44,150 bases of DNA from Candidatus Poribacteria bacterium (lineage in GTDB: Bacteria > Poribacteria > WGA-4E > UBA9662), in the NCBI GenBank assembly GCA_046582655.1, contig JAYGDX010000209.1, positions 1-44,150 on the forward strand, read 5' to 3'. The notes under the pieces were generated by a model. It saw only the letters and a program-made list of their open reading frames with translations, was not told where the DNA came from and did not search any database. Below, piece after piece: positions 1 to 9,773 of this stretch (position 1 is its first letter; each line of letters begins with the position of its first letter). The position numbers were made by a program, and so were the translations under genes.

Positions 1-1
1 G

Positions 2-865
2 GGAGAGAAGATAAAGGGAGATGCGGATGAAAACGGGATGGTAGACCTGTATGATCTGGTGATGGTTGTAACCCACTTTGGCCAGAGCTATGATCTGCTG
101 GCGGCTGCGCCGATGGTGGTGATGGGACAATCAAGGGTTCAGGTGTCGATGCATGTTAGTCACTCAACGGATCATAGAGGTGGTCTGCAAACTCAGCAGC
201 TGGATCTACAAGTCAAGGCGGATATCCCGGAATCGATAGCTGGTTATCAGTTGGAGTTGGTCTATAATCCGCGTTTACTGACAGTGGTCGGTTTTGAAAA
301 AGGCAGTCTCCTGGGAGCGGAAAGTTATCATCTGCAACCGCAAATGACGTTGGGTTGTATAGGCAGGATTGTCGCCACGCAACTTGGAGAATCAACTGGT
401 TTAGGTGCGGCAGAGTCGGTCATGGCCAGTGTCAGTTTTCGTTTGAAAGGTGACTTGGATCTAGCTTTGAAATCGATAGGCATCCGCAACCTGGTGATAG
501 CCAATCAACAGTCACAGTCGTTGCCGGTTGAGCTAGAGCGGATGACTACGAATCTGGAGACAACTCCAATGGTCCGATTCAGCCTGGGTCAGAACTATCC
601 TAACCCGTTCAATCCGGAGACTTGGATACCGTATCAACTGGCCAGTTCAGAGCAAGTAGTAGTACGGATCTATGACGCCTCGGGTCATTTGGTACGGCGA
701 CTTGATGTCGGGTTACAGAGTGCGGGTGATTACACTGGGCGAGGCGGAGCAGTTTACTGGGACGGTCGGAATCAGTTTGGGGAGCAGGTGGCATCGGGCG
801 TATATTATTACACTATTGATGCTGGTGACTTCTCAGCTACCAGCAAGATGCTGTTGTTGAAATAA
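2..865 (+). CDS. 5'-truncated protein, probably exported: dockerin-like EF-hand motif + cohesin-like domain + C-terminal FlgD-Ig/T9SS-like domain
   Basis: The frame is open from base 2 (GEKIKGDADENGMVDLYDLVMVVTHFG, a dockerin-type motif). Cohesin-like segment AGYQLELVYNPRLL...ASVSFRL. C-terminal LGQNYPNPFNPETWIPYQL...WDGRNQFGEQVASGVYYY. Confidence 0.8.
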   Translation, partial: GEKIKGDADENGMVDLYDLVMVVTHFGQSYDLLAAAPMVVMGQSRVQVSMHVSHSTDHRGGLQTQQLDLQVKADIPESIAGYQLELVYNPRLLTVVGFEKGSLLGAESYHLQPQMTLGCIGRIVATQLGESTGLGAAESVMASVSFRLKGDLDLALKSIGIRNLVIANQQSQSLPVELERMTTNLETTPMVRFSLGQNYPNPFNPETWIPYQLASSEQVVVRIYDASGHLVRRLDVGLQSAGDYTGRGGAVYWDGRNQFGEQVASGVYYYTIDAGDFSATSKMLLLK

Positions 866-887
866 AATTCAGTTCTAATCTTATTAT

Positions 888-1721
888 TTAAGGTTCAAGG
901 CTGGATACACTGGCGTCCATTTCTGGCTCCAGCCAGGCAACATCACTGTCATCATCTTCAAATCTAGCCATACCTACTGTTTTTATCGCTTGATCATCAA
1001 CCTTCTCCAATGGTGTGTAGGATGGATGGTGTGAATCTTTATATGGATTATTTTGCGCAGAATTGTAGCAGCAGATTAAGGTCCAACGTGGATCTTCAGA
1101 TCTGTTTTGATCCGAATGGTGAAGTAAATTACAGTGGAAAAATAATGCGTCGCCTGGTTCCATCTCACAATGGATAAGTTCCAAGCGCTTAAGGGCTTGA
1201 TCGACTTTCTCTTTGTCAGCGCCTGCTTGCTCGCCCGTGGTAACATGGTTGAGCCGTCCCATGTGATGGGATTCCGCCAATACCTGTAAGCAGCCGTTTT
1301 CTCTCGTTGCTGGGTCGACCGCGATCATCACACTCGCAAGTCGTGGGAAAAGCAGCCCGTTTTGATACCAATAACCGTAGTCTTGGTGCCATGTCCAGGC
1401 ACCACCTACCTTGGCGTCTTTGAGAATCATTTTAGAATGATAATGATAAACCTCTCCATCCAGCAGTTTCTCCATTGAGTTGACGATCCGGTTACAACGC
1501 GCGACCATCCCATAGATGCTGTTTCCAGGATGATTCCATAAAGAGAGACGTACAAGCCCGCCTTCTCCATCGTCGCTATGATATGATCGCTTGTCCAGTT
1601 CTCGATCTGACTTAGCGGTACGGCGTAATAAGTTAATCTCTTCCGAGTCGAGCATCTGTTGAACCAAAACATATCCATCTTGGTGGAATGAATCAACTTG
1701 AACTGCGGATAATACTGGCAT
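888..1721 (-). CDS. Phytanoyl-CoA dioxygenase (PhyH/EctD-like) Fe(II)/2OG oxygenase
   Basis: WTWHQDYGYW (HxD), NGCLQV, GDALFFHCNLLHHS..N.S..PR motifs. Confidence 0.9.
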   Translation of the reverse strand: MPVLSAVQVDSFHQDGYVLVQQMLDSEEINLLRRTAKSDRELDKRSYHSDDGEGGLVRLSLWNHPGNSIYGMVARCNRIVNSMEKLLDGEVYHYHSKMILKDAKVGGAWTWHQDYGYWYQNGLLFPRLASVMIAVDPATRENGCLQVLAESHHMGRLNHVTTGEQAGADKEKVDQALKRLELIHCEMEPGDALFFHCNLLHHSDQNRSEDPRWTLICCYNSAQNNPYKDSHHPSYTPLEKVDDQAIKTVGMARFEDDDSDVAWLEPEMDASVSSLEP

Positions 1722-1742
1722 TGGAGTATCCTTTTGTCTGTA

Positions 1743-2498
1743 TCAGCTAATCAGAGCAAACTGATCCCTGATCCAATCTACCACTTTTCCAACCATAGGA
1801 CTTAGCGAGTCATCGCTGAAAACATGATTTGCATCTTCAATGGTAAGAAGTTCTTTAGGCTCGTTTGCTTGAGCATATATTTTTTGAGAATCTTCAATTG
1901 GTACAACATCGTCTTCAGTGCCATGAACCAATAACCATGGAACTGAGATCTTGGATGCGCAATCAACCACTGTATCTGTTTGGGTAAGATCGTCCATATA
2001 TGCTTGTGATAGTGGACAACTTGGTTCATCCCACATGAATCCCTTATCAGGAGTAACTTCTCCGAACTCTCGTTGGGCAAAAGCCTTTGTTTCAACCATT
2101 CCAGCTAGTGAGACGAGGAGTTTTATCCGGTTATCTTGACTGGCGCTTAGCACCCCAACCGCTCCACCCATACTGTGACCAACATAACAGATTGTGTGGT
2201 GATCCAGTACATCGAGGACAGATGCTAAATCTCCAATTTCTTTTGAGATCGTCGATTGGGTGAATGCACCATCTGAGTCGCCGTTACCAGAGAAAGAAAA
2301 CCGTATGGTCGGTATTCCCGCGTTGCTTAAATTGTCCGCCAGTTCAACCAAAAAAGGCCTATCCTTATTGCCTGTTACGCCGTGTCCCAGCACCACGATA
2401 TTCTGCGAATTTTTATCTCCAGCATGAAAAGTATAGTCTAAATTTTCACCACTTGCGTTTTCAATGTTTCCAAACATCGTCTCTCCTGTTTTGATCAT
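1743..2498 (-). CDS. Alpha/beta hydrolase (start possibly at MFGNI, 2477)
   Basis: HG oxyanion motif, GHSMGG nucleophile elbow, HGTEDDVV acid, ANHVF histidine. Confidence 0.9.
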   Translation of the reverse strand: MIKTGETMFGNIENASGENLDYTFHAGDKNSQNIVVLGHGVTGNKDRPFLVELADNLSNAGIPTIRFSFSGNGDSDGAFTQSTISKEIGDLASVLDVLDHHTICYVGHSMGGAVGVLSASQDNRIKLLVSLAGMVETKAFAQREFGEVTPDKGFMWDEPSCPLSQAYMDDLTQTDTVVDCASKISVPWLLVHGTEDDVVPIEDSQKIYAQANEPKELLTIEDANHVFSDDSLSPMVGKVVDWIRDQFALIS

Positions 2499-2608
2499 TA
2501 TATCTTTAGGGTTACAATCGACAGATTGTGATCTTAGCCTGATCAGTTTTGTCTCTATTTGTTATCGTTTTGCTATCAGCTAAAATATAACAAAGTGTAT
2601 TTATTACA

Positions 2609-3355
2609 TCATTCTGTTGGTTGATTAGGTAATGGTTGCATTGGGATGTTATTGATGACCAAGATCTTGCCTTCAAAACCAACTTGGACTGTTTTTTGTT
2701 CGTTTGTCTCATCTGCTGACAGAACTGTCAACTTGCCAGGATTTGAGGCGTCTGCTGTTCCTTTTGTGGTTATATGGAGTTTGATTGTGTAAGTCCCAGA
2801 ATCAGTGAGGTTTGGCAAAACACTGAATGTCCCGATGTCAAGGGCACAGACTACTTCTGCGCACTTGTACAAGCATAACATATGGGTAAATGAATCGCCG
2901 TCAAAACGCCACTGGTTGCGTATGTTTTCTCCTTGTGAGATGACATCGAAAATCCATCCGCCCTGAATTAATTTCTTTAACTCTTCAGGTGTAAACGCTT
3001 TTTTTTCTTCAACTTGCTGGTTATCCTGGTGTAGCTTGATTTGTTCAGCTAAGGAGTCGATTCTTTGGGTTTGATCTTCTAACAAGCTAATCAGTTTCGC
3101 GCTTTGTTTGTCGTCTGCAACTAAACTTCCCTGGACTTCCTTGATTTGTATAGTAAGATTGGTAATTATCCGTTTCTGCTCGCTGTCGTCGATAGCTGTG
3201 TTTTCCTGTTGTATTCGAATCAAACTTTCTAATTCAGTAATTTGGGTGTTTTGTTCTTGAATCAAGTTCAGGACACTTTGGTTTTCATCATCGTCCGCAC
3301 AACCGATAAAGATGATGACGAGTGTGAAAAGCAGAACAATTTGTTTAATGCTCAT
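2609..3355 (-). CDS. Hypothetical lipoprotein with coiled-coil N-half and beta-rich C-domain
   Basis: Signal peptide ending in lipobox FIG-C. Heptad-rich Q/E/L segment. GGAG RBS upstream. Confidence 0.7.
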   Translation of the reverse strand: MSIKQIVLLFTLVIIFIGCADDDENQSVLNLIQEQNTQITELESLIRIQQENTAIDDSEQKRIITNLTIQIKEVQGSLVADDKQSAKLISLLEDQTQRIDSLAEQIKLHQDNQQVEEKKAFTPEELKKLIQGGWIFDVISQGENIRNQWRFDGDSFTHMLCLYKCAEVVCALDIGTFSVLPNLTDSGTYTIKLHITTKGTADASNPGKLTVLSADETNEQKTVQVGFEGKILVINNIPMQPLPNQPTE

Positions 3356-3864
3356 GTAAAATCTCCATTTAAATATGTCTTACCTAATATCTAATGATTT
3401 TAGATGGTGTTAAGTTAAGAACTATTTTCAGGGTAACCATTTTCGTGTGGACTGAAGGCCTCTGAGGTTAGATAATAGCAACCGGTTGCCATGTCTCCCA
3501 TTCCACAACGTTTCATCTGGTATGGATTCTGCTCCAGGGTTTAGGTCTGTGATTAGGCTGGTTTCAGTTGGATAGGTGGTGCTAATAACTTTAGTGTATG
3601 CAAAGTAGATGACCTCAACACGCATATTCAGCGCAACTCTGGTTGCGATTGTGTTGACTGCTAATGTTGTGGATGTAACCAAAATAGAACAGAAGTGTGT
3701 GCTTTCATTCCGTGGAGCTTGTACAGCAAAGCGATTTGTAGTATATCATGTGATTAACGGTCTTGAAAAGCTTTCGCGTCAATACCGGTACCGGTAATTC
3801 TACTTGATCTCGTTTGTTGCTGTTTGGCATGATGCTGCTGAAGATCTCATAAGGAAATTCTAGA

Positions 3865-5250
3865 ATGAGTAAGCCTAATATCTTGTTGTTGATGACCGAC
3901 CAGCAAAGGTGGGATGCACTTGGATGCTACCAAGATTGGTTGCAAACTCCAAACTTGGATCTAATAGCCAACGAAGGCATTAGATTTACAAACTGCGTAA
4001 CCAATTCACCGGTATGTATTCCTGCGCGTCTCTCAATGGCAACGGGGTTGTATCCTCATAATACTGGGGTTTGGAATAACATTAAACACCAAATGGGTTG
4101 CCATATTCCAACTTGGATGCAAGCAATTCGGTCAGCGGGGTATCGTACCAGCTTGTTTGGAAAAACCCATCTTCATCCACACCAGGGAGATTTACGTGAG
4201 TGTGAAGATTTGATGTCTGTTTATGGTTTGGATGATGTCAATGAAATTGGCGGCCCACGTGCCAGCACGCGTGTTCTTTCGCATATGACAGCGGAATGGG
4301 AGGCTAAGGGAATCTGGCGCGATTATCAAGACGATTACAGGGATAGGTTCGATGCGAAACCGCATGTTGTGCGGCCTTCAGTTCTTGGATTGGATGATTA
4401 TGCGGACGTATACGTTGGCCAACAAGCTAAAAAGTATCTTGAAAGTTATCAGCGATCCGAACCTTGGTTCTGTTGGGTGAGTTTTGGTGGGCCTCACGAG
4501 CCGTGGGACACTCCAGAACCATACGCAAGTTTATATGATATGGAACAGATGCCAGCGCCAATCCCCAGACCCAATGATGATCGTAATCGGCCGCAAGGTC
4601 ACCTAGATCAGCATATGAAGCAATTGAATCCACAGTTTGATCCGGATGATATTGCGAAAATGAGGGCAAACTATGCCGGAAATGTAACTTTGATTGATCA
4701 TCAAATCGGTGAAGTTCTGCAGGTAATTAAGGACAGGGGTGAATTTGATAATACCATTGTAGCGTTTGTTTCAGATCACGGTGAGATGAATGGCGATTAT
4801 AATTTGATCTATAAGTCAAATTTTCTTAATGGAGCGACTCGCGTACCATTGTTATTCAGAACACCGGAGACAGCTAAGAATGAGATTGGAGGACAAATCT
4901 GCACAAGTCCCGTTGAATGGTTTGATGTCGGGCCGACACTGGTTGAACTTGCTGGAGGGGAAATTAATTATCAGCAATTTGCCAAGTCACTCTGTAACGT
5001 ATTGGAAAAACCTATAGAAGGTCACCGTGATTACGCAATCTCTGAATTAAACGGTGAGATTATGCTCTTAAGTCGGGAATGGAAAATCGCGCTCAACACG
5101 TTGGGAGAAGTCTACTTATTGTTCAGCGTGCAAGAAGACCCGGACGAAACTGCAAACTTGGCAGGACTTGCTAAATACAAGAATGTTGAGAACCAACTGC
5201 GACATTGCATCCTCAACCGCTTAGCTCAGAGCCTATTTCAAAAAAAATAA
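3865..5250 (+). CDS. Formylglycine-dependent sulfatase (S1 family)
   Basis: KPNILLLMTDQ, CIPAR (CxPxR), GKTHL, SDHG motifs. Confidence 0.93.
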   Translation: MSKPNILLLMTDQQRWDALGCYQDWLQTPNLDLIANEGIRFTNCVTNSPVCIPARLSMATGLYPHNTGVWNNIKHQMGCHIPTWMQAIRSAGYRTSLFGKTHLHPHQGDLRECEDLMSVYGLDDVNEIGGPRASTRVLSHMTAEWEAKGIWRDYQDDYRDRFDAKPHVVRPSVLGLDDYADVYVGQQAKKYLESYQRSEPWFCWVSFGGPHEPWDTPEPYASLYDMEQMPAPIPRPNDDRNRPQGHLDQHMKQLNPQFDPDDIAKMRANYAGNVTLIDHQIGEVLQVIKDRGEFDNTIVAFVSDHGEMNGDYNLIYKSNFLNGATRVPLLFRTPETAKNEIGGQICTSPVEWFDVGPTLVELAGGEINYQQFAKSLCNVLEKPIEGHRDYAISELNGEIMLLSREWKIALNTLGEVYLLFSVQEDPDETANLAGLAKYKNVENQLRHCILNRLAQSLFQKK

Positions 5251-5294
5251 ATCCCTGATTACCGGTTAATATTATGGACTTAGTAATCAAGGAT
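5241..5294 (-). terminator. Probable intrinsic terminator between the convergent sulfatase and PFOR genes
   Basis: Inverted repeat atccctgattac (5251-5262) / gtaatcaaggat (5283-5294) with one mismatch. The adjacent A-run gives a U-tract on the minus strand. Confidence 0.5.
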
Positions 5295-5317
5295 CTGTCA
5301 GGATTGTGGAGTAAAAG

Positions 5318-7009
5318 TTATTCCTGTGGTTTTTTGAAGCGTCTTTTGGGCTTTTCCCCATTAGTTTTGGGTTCGGCCGACTTTGCTTTAGCTGGCTCCT
5401 CTGATTTCGCCTTCTCACTATTTTCTATGCCCGCTAGCTCCTGTAGCATGTGCCAGTTGTCCAAACGCTCTTGCTGGGAGGCCAGCAATTCTGGTGAAGG
5501 ATTACCTTCCTTGTCGAAGTGTTTGGAAAAACGTCCCTCACTTCGAGCGAAATTGATGAAGTTAATTGTCTCACCCGTTTTGCGTATTGTGTACCAGTCA
5601 TCTGTCACAGATGGGTTTCCTTTTAGATCCAATCTTTCTTTGATAGTATTTCCTTTTCGCGGATCATGAATTAGCAGTGGAAATGCTCGTGATTCCACTG
5701 CCAGTTTTGCTTGATGCATTGCCATATTATCGGCAACACCGTGTTCTGGTTGGCATGTGGAATAGGCGATAATGACTGCTGGACCAGGGAATTCGTTGGC
5801 TTCCATCACGGCACGATAAAAATGGTTGAAATGCGCACAGGTAGTTTGCGCTACGTATACATTTGGATGCATTACACAAATTTGAGCCAGTTCTTTACGG
5901 CCTTCCCTCTTACCTTTGAGTTCCTTGCCAAAATCCGCCATGTCTGCTCTTTGTGCCATGAAACTTGCCGTGGAAGCCTGACCACCAGTGTTAGAATAAA
6001 CCTGTGTATCCAGTACCAAGACTTTGATATGTTGACCTGACATCATCATACGCGAAAGTGCTTGAAACCCAATATCCAACATGGCACCATCACCACCGAC
6101 AACCCACAGCTTTTTATCTCCCCAACCCATCTGATCCCAACGGGAACGGACCCCCATGGCAAAAGTTGGCCCATTTTCGAACAGCGAATTCGCCCAGGGA
6201 ATTACATAAGGGTTGTAAGGATAAGTTGAGGTATAGACAGTATTACATCCCGTAGATGCTATCATTCCCATATTTTCGGCGCCGTGAGCAAAACCCGTTG
6301 CTGCGACCATCATACGAAGTGCTGTGGCTTCACCGCAACCCATGCAGGAACCTGCTCCTCCAACGTAAAGAAGTGCGTCCGGTTCAAGCATCATATCAGT
6401 CAGTAGGCGCTCGTTGATAAAACGTTTGGGACTAGCAGGCAATTGGTTGTAGAAGTCCCAAGTTCGACGAAATTGACCTAGACTGGTTTCCGTTTTGGGA
6501 ATCATGGATAATGCCTGATGGTCACCACAAGCTTCTACGCATTCGGCGCAGCCCTTACACTTAGTTGGATCTATGAAGATACCAAAAAGACCACCTTCTT
6601 CACCCTTTTTCTCATAGATTGAAGTGTACTTCTGGGTTTCGGCGAAGCGTGACTCGAAGGTTGCTTTTTCTATGGGATCCGAGATGCTGCTAAGTTCCTG
6701 TTCCAGAGTGTCTTTCTCTACCACCTTACCAAGGATTGCTGTGTCCGGACATTCGATGACACACTCCATGCAGCCCACACACATCGAGGGGTCATAGAAT
6801 GGTATCTCTGGGGCAATATAACTGAAATCTCGGTACACACCGGTACCTGCCGGAATAATGCTGCGCGCTGTATCGAGATCTGCTTCCAAATCATCATCCA
6901 AACCATCGTTGTAAGCGCCAATAACTTTTGTATTGAATTGATCAATGTCAACTAGCGGTAATACATCAAAGTTGTCGGTACTTGGTGCCGCTGAAGGTAT
7001 ATCTTTCAT
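5318..7009 (-). CDS. 2-oxoacid (pyruvate):ferredoxin oxidoreductase, ferredoxin(delta)+TPP-binding(beta) subunit
   Basis: Two CxxCxxCxxxC motifs (CVGCMECVIECP, CKGCAECVEAC), GSCMGCGE, GGDGAMLDIG...YSNTGGQ TPP motif. Confidence 0.9.
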   Translation of the reverse strand: MKDIPSAAPSTDNFDVLPLVDIDQFNTKVIGAYNDGLDDDLEADLDTARSIIPAGTGVYRDFSYIAPEIPFYDPSMCVGCMECVIECPDTAILGKVVEKDTLEQELSSISDPIEKATFESRFAETQKYTSIYEKKGEEGGLFGIFIDPTKCKGCAECVEACGDHQALSMIPKTETSLGQFRRTWDFYNQLPASPKRFINERLLTDMMLEPDALLYVGGAGSCMGCGEATALRMMVAATGFAHGAENMGMIASTGCNTVYTSTYPYNPYVIPWANSLFENGPTFAMGVRSRWDQMGWGDKKLWVVGGDGAMLDIGFQALSRMMMSGQHIKVLVLDTQVYSNTGGQASTASFMAQRADMADFGKELKGKREGRKELAQICVMHPNVYVAQTTCAHFNHFYRAVMEANEFPGPAVIIAYSTCQPEHGVADNMAMHQAKLAVESRAFPLLIHDPRKGNTIKERLDLKGNPSVTDDWYTIRKTGETINFINFARSEGRFSKHFDKEGNPSPELLASQQERLDNWHMLQELAGIENSEKAKSEEPAKAKSAEPKTNGEKPKRRFKKPQE

Positions 7010-7033
7010 CTCGTCGCCCTTTCTATTGCAACC

Positions 7034-7252
7034 TTATAATTCACCATTTTCTTTGAAAACTTCTTGATTAACAACGATTTTGGGAAGTCCCAAGATCGTC
7101 CAGATTGGCCTATTACCAGCTTTAATAGACTCAATTTCATCATCTGTTATCTTGTGTTCCATAATGCTCTGGCCATCATCGTGAACTTTGCGAGCCGTCC
7201 AACCTTCGTCAGTCTGCTGATATTCGATGTGATCGATAATCTTCCTTAACAT
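7034..7252 (-). CDS. Small hypothetical protein between the PFOR subunits (72 aa)
   Basis: GGAGG 3 nt before the ATG. Fills the gap between the two subunit genes and overlaps the upstream gene by 44 nt. Protein-like composition. Confidence 0.55.
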   Translation of the reverse strand: MLRKIIDHIEYQQTDEGWTARKVHDDGQSIMEHKITDDEIESIKAGNRPIWTILGLPKIVVNQEVFKENGEL

Positions 7253-9221
7253 CTTCCTCCATCAATGGAAGTTCTTTTGCTATAGAGGTTTCTTCAATAA
7301 TCTGACGTGGCACTTCAAAAACCTCAGAATAACCACGCCGAATCGCTTTTAAATTATCTTGGACGGTTTGTTCTCCATGTTTGCCCCAGAAACGTCGGAC
7401 TACAGACTCGACACGCTCAAACATCTGTTCTTCTGTCATGTTATAATCCTGCAAGAAAGGCGCGCTCTTGAGGAAAATTCCGAGTAGAACAACACCTTGC
7501 ATACGTTGCTGGAGCTCGACTTGCGTGGCTGATTCACGAGCAATTGCCACTGTGTCTAGCGCTACCACGCGAATTTGCTTTTTGCGAATAGTCTCTTTGG
7601 CTCTCGAAGGAATTGGATCCCAAACCTCTCTTGGGTCAGTTTTATTACTTTGGATAAAGATAAAGCCATGTTCCTGCAGTCCCTTTAGCGGATTCGCAGT
7701 CTGAAAAGCATTGACATCATTCAGAGGAACGAAATCTACATAATTCAGTTCGGCGTGTGCGCGGATATGCTCATTGGCAATTGTCAAATAGTATGTAGTT
7801 GGAAGACCTGCTTTTTCAGACCCATATTTTGGATAGGCTTGAACGTCAAAACCAAAGTCACCGAGTATGGTAGCAAGAATCTTGTTTGTAGTGACTGAAC
7901 CGTATCCTCCAACGGAATGACCACGCATGGAAAAAGATCCCGCTGTGCGGACATCCGGGTCAACGGATCCGTTCAGTGCCAGTTCATGTTTGATCCCGAT
8001 GACAAAGAAGCGTCTTGAATCTTTCTCCCGCATGTGTTCTACAATAGAGATAAAATCACCTGGGCGGATGTCTCGACTACCCAAACCTCCCGCTCCAGAA
8101 TAAATTGTGGGAACACGATCTATCTGTGAATAACCGGGCGTTCCGGAGACTGCATCAGCAAATGAAGACTTAATTTCTGCCGTTAAAGGATTGGATTGTG
8201 CTAATGGGTTATCCATTCGTTCCAGAATGGAGAATGCTTTTACCTGCTTAAGTGCCTCAACGAGTTGTTGGCCAGGGAAAGGACGGAAGACATTTACATG
8301 GACGACCCCGACGGGGATTTGCATTTCCTCCCTTATATAGTCGACGGTTACCATTGCTGTTTCGGCTGCTCCGCCCATTGCGACTATCGCATATTCCGCA
8401 TCATCCATTCGGTAAGGTTCAATCATACCATAGCGACGTCCTGTCAGATTGTAGAACTCATCCATGGCATTTTGCAGGAATTTGGGAACACGATCATAGT
8501 AATGACGCTGTGCAACTTTACCTTTCATATAGCTGTCTTGATTCTGCACAACACCAACCATGAGCGGGTTGTGCGTATCAAACATGTTCCGTATTTTTTC
8601 GCTGGGGTGCCCGAGGTACTGTTTCATCATATCCGGTTCTAAGTCGAGGACAGTCTCAACAGTGTGCGTGGTCAAAAAACCATCTTGTATGCAAAGGAAC
8701 GGTGTTTCGGAATCTTCAGCTGCTCTTCTGGTAATTAAAGCCATATCGCCGATTTCTTGGGCGTTTTTGGAAAAAACCATTCCCCAACCGCAGTCAGCTA
8801 CTGCCATTACATCATCATGTCCAGCATGCACATTCAGGGAATGGGAAGTCAAAGCACGGGCACCGATGTTAAATACCGCTGGCAAACGTTTCCCTGAAAT
8901 GGTGTACAGGACTTCTTTCATCAGGACTAGCCCTTGTCCGGAAGTATAATTAGCAACTCTTCCTCCAGCTAATGCGAAACCCTCGGCAGATGAAGCAGAA
9001 CTGTGTTCAGACTCCAGTTCCAGGAACTCTAATTTTTCGCCCCAGAGATTCCGGTGGCCATCCGCCACGAACCTAGCATATCCTTCCCCCATCTTTGAAG
9101 ATGAGGTGATTGGATATGCACACGCACCTTGTGTGGTATGTATATCCACGTATACTACCGCTTCAGCACCATCTCGAATATTTCGTAAGCCGGGATAAGG
9201 GAATTCTTTTTGGGGATCCAT
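7209..9221 (-). CDS. 2-oxoacid (pyruvate):ferredoxin oxidoreductase, alpha+gamma subunit
   Basis: AYPITSS, ESEHSS, TSGQGLVLMKE, DGFLTTH, FRPFP, GGYGSVTTNK, YGSEKAG motifs. Confidence 0.92.
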   Translation of the reverse strand: MDPQKEFPYPGLRNIRDGAEAVVYVDIHTTQGACAYPITSSSKMGEGYARFVADGHRNLWGEKLEFLELESEHSSASSAEGFALAGGRVANYTSGQGLVLMKEVLYTISGKRLPAVFNIGARALTSHSLNVHAGHDDVMAVADCGWGMVFSKNAQEIGDMALITRRAAEDSETPFLCIQDGFLTTHTVETVLDLEPDMMKQYLGHPSEKIRNMFDTHNPLMVGVVQNQDSYMKGKVAQRHYYDRVPKFLQNAMDEFYNLTGRRYGMIEPYRMDDAEYAIVAMGGAAETAMVTVDYIREEMQIPVGVVHVNVFRPFPGQQLVEALKQVKAFSILERMDNPLAQSNPLTAEIKSSFADAVSGTPGYSQIDRVPTIYSGAGGLGSRDIRPGDFISIVEHMREKDSRRFFVIGIKHELALNGSVDPDVRTAGSFSMRGHSVGGYGSVTTNKILATILGDFGFDVQAYPKYGSEKAGLPTTYYLTIANEHIRAHAELNYVDFVPLNDVNAFQTANPLKGLQEHGFIFIQSNKTDPREVWDPIPSRAKETIRKKQIRVVALDTVAIARESATQVELQQRMQGVVLLGIFLKSAPFLQDYNMTEEQMFERVESVVRRFWGKHGEQTVQDNLKAIRRGYSEVFEVPRQIIEETSIAKELPLMEEDVKEDYRSHRISAD

Positions 9222-9235
9222 TTAACATTCTCCAT

Positions 9236-9277
9236 ATAAAAAAGCGATGCTAGATTATAAAAAAGCGATGCTAGATT
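9236..9277. repeat. Perfect 21-bp tandem duplication (ataaaaaagcgatgctagatt x2)
   Basis: Read directly: 9236-9256 = 9257-9277, immediately upstream of the PFOR alpha RBS. Confidence 0.95.
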
Positions 9278-9586
9278 CCTAGGAAATAATGGCCGGGATC
9301 CTGATTTTGATCATCCAAATTGCAGGCCGGAATAAAATGCATGATTGCTACAGTAATTTTGAAGGTAATAGTACAGGGTAAGCGAACATTTGCCTTTTGG
9401 TTGTTCAAATGACAATTTTGAACTCAAACAAATAAACGCTTGATGTAATATTTCGTTATTGAAACTCTCTTAAGTATGTAAGATGAAAACTCGATTCAGA
9501 AAATGTCCTTATAATTCTCCTCACTACACGCAATCTCGCATTCAAAAACCTAATCAGGTTCTATTGAGTTCATTGGATGAAATTGG

Positions 9587-9642
9587 ATTGAAAGGAGTTT
9601 CCGGACATCTATACATTGAAAGGAGTTTCCGGACATCTATAC
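9587..9642. repeat. Perfect 28-bp tandem duplication (attgaaaggagtttccggacatctatac x2)
   Basis: Read directly: 9587-9614 = 9615-9642. Confidence 0.95.
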
Positions 9643-9773
9643 CATGATTACGCATATAAGAATATCATACCAATTGCAATTTTACAAATCAATTTCAGGT
9701 TATTCTAGATTTGCAGTGGGGTCTTAAAATGCTGCAGTGTATGCCAATTCTAATCAGTGGACACTCTCTGATT

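Noticed and set aside
3428..3682. 84-aa minus ORF with TSLITDLNPGAES, faintly like an ELWxxDGT-repeat fragment
   Set aside because: No RBS and only a short resemblance, too weak to call.
5274..8949. Several plus-strand ORFs of 60-131 aa over the PFOR locus
   Set aside because: Antisense shadows of well-supported genes, without motifs.
9560..9642. CRISPR-like ATTGAAAG ends in repeated sequence
   Set aside because: Only two exact tandem units, no unique spacers and no cas genes. It is a simple duplication.
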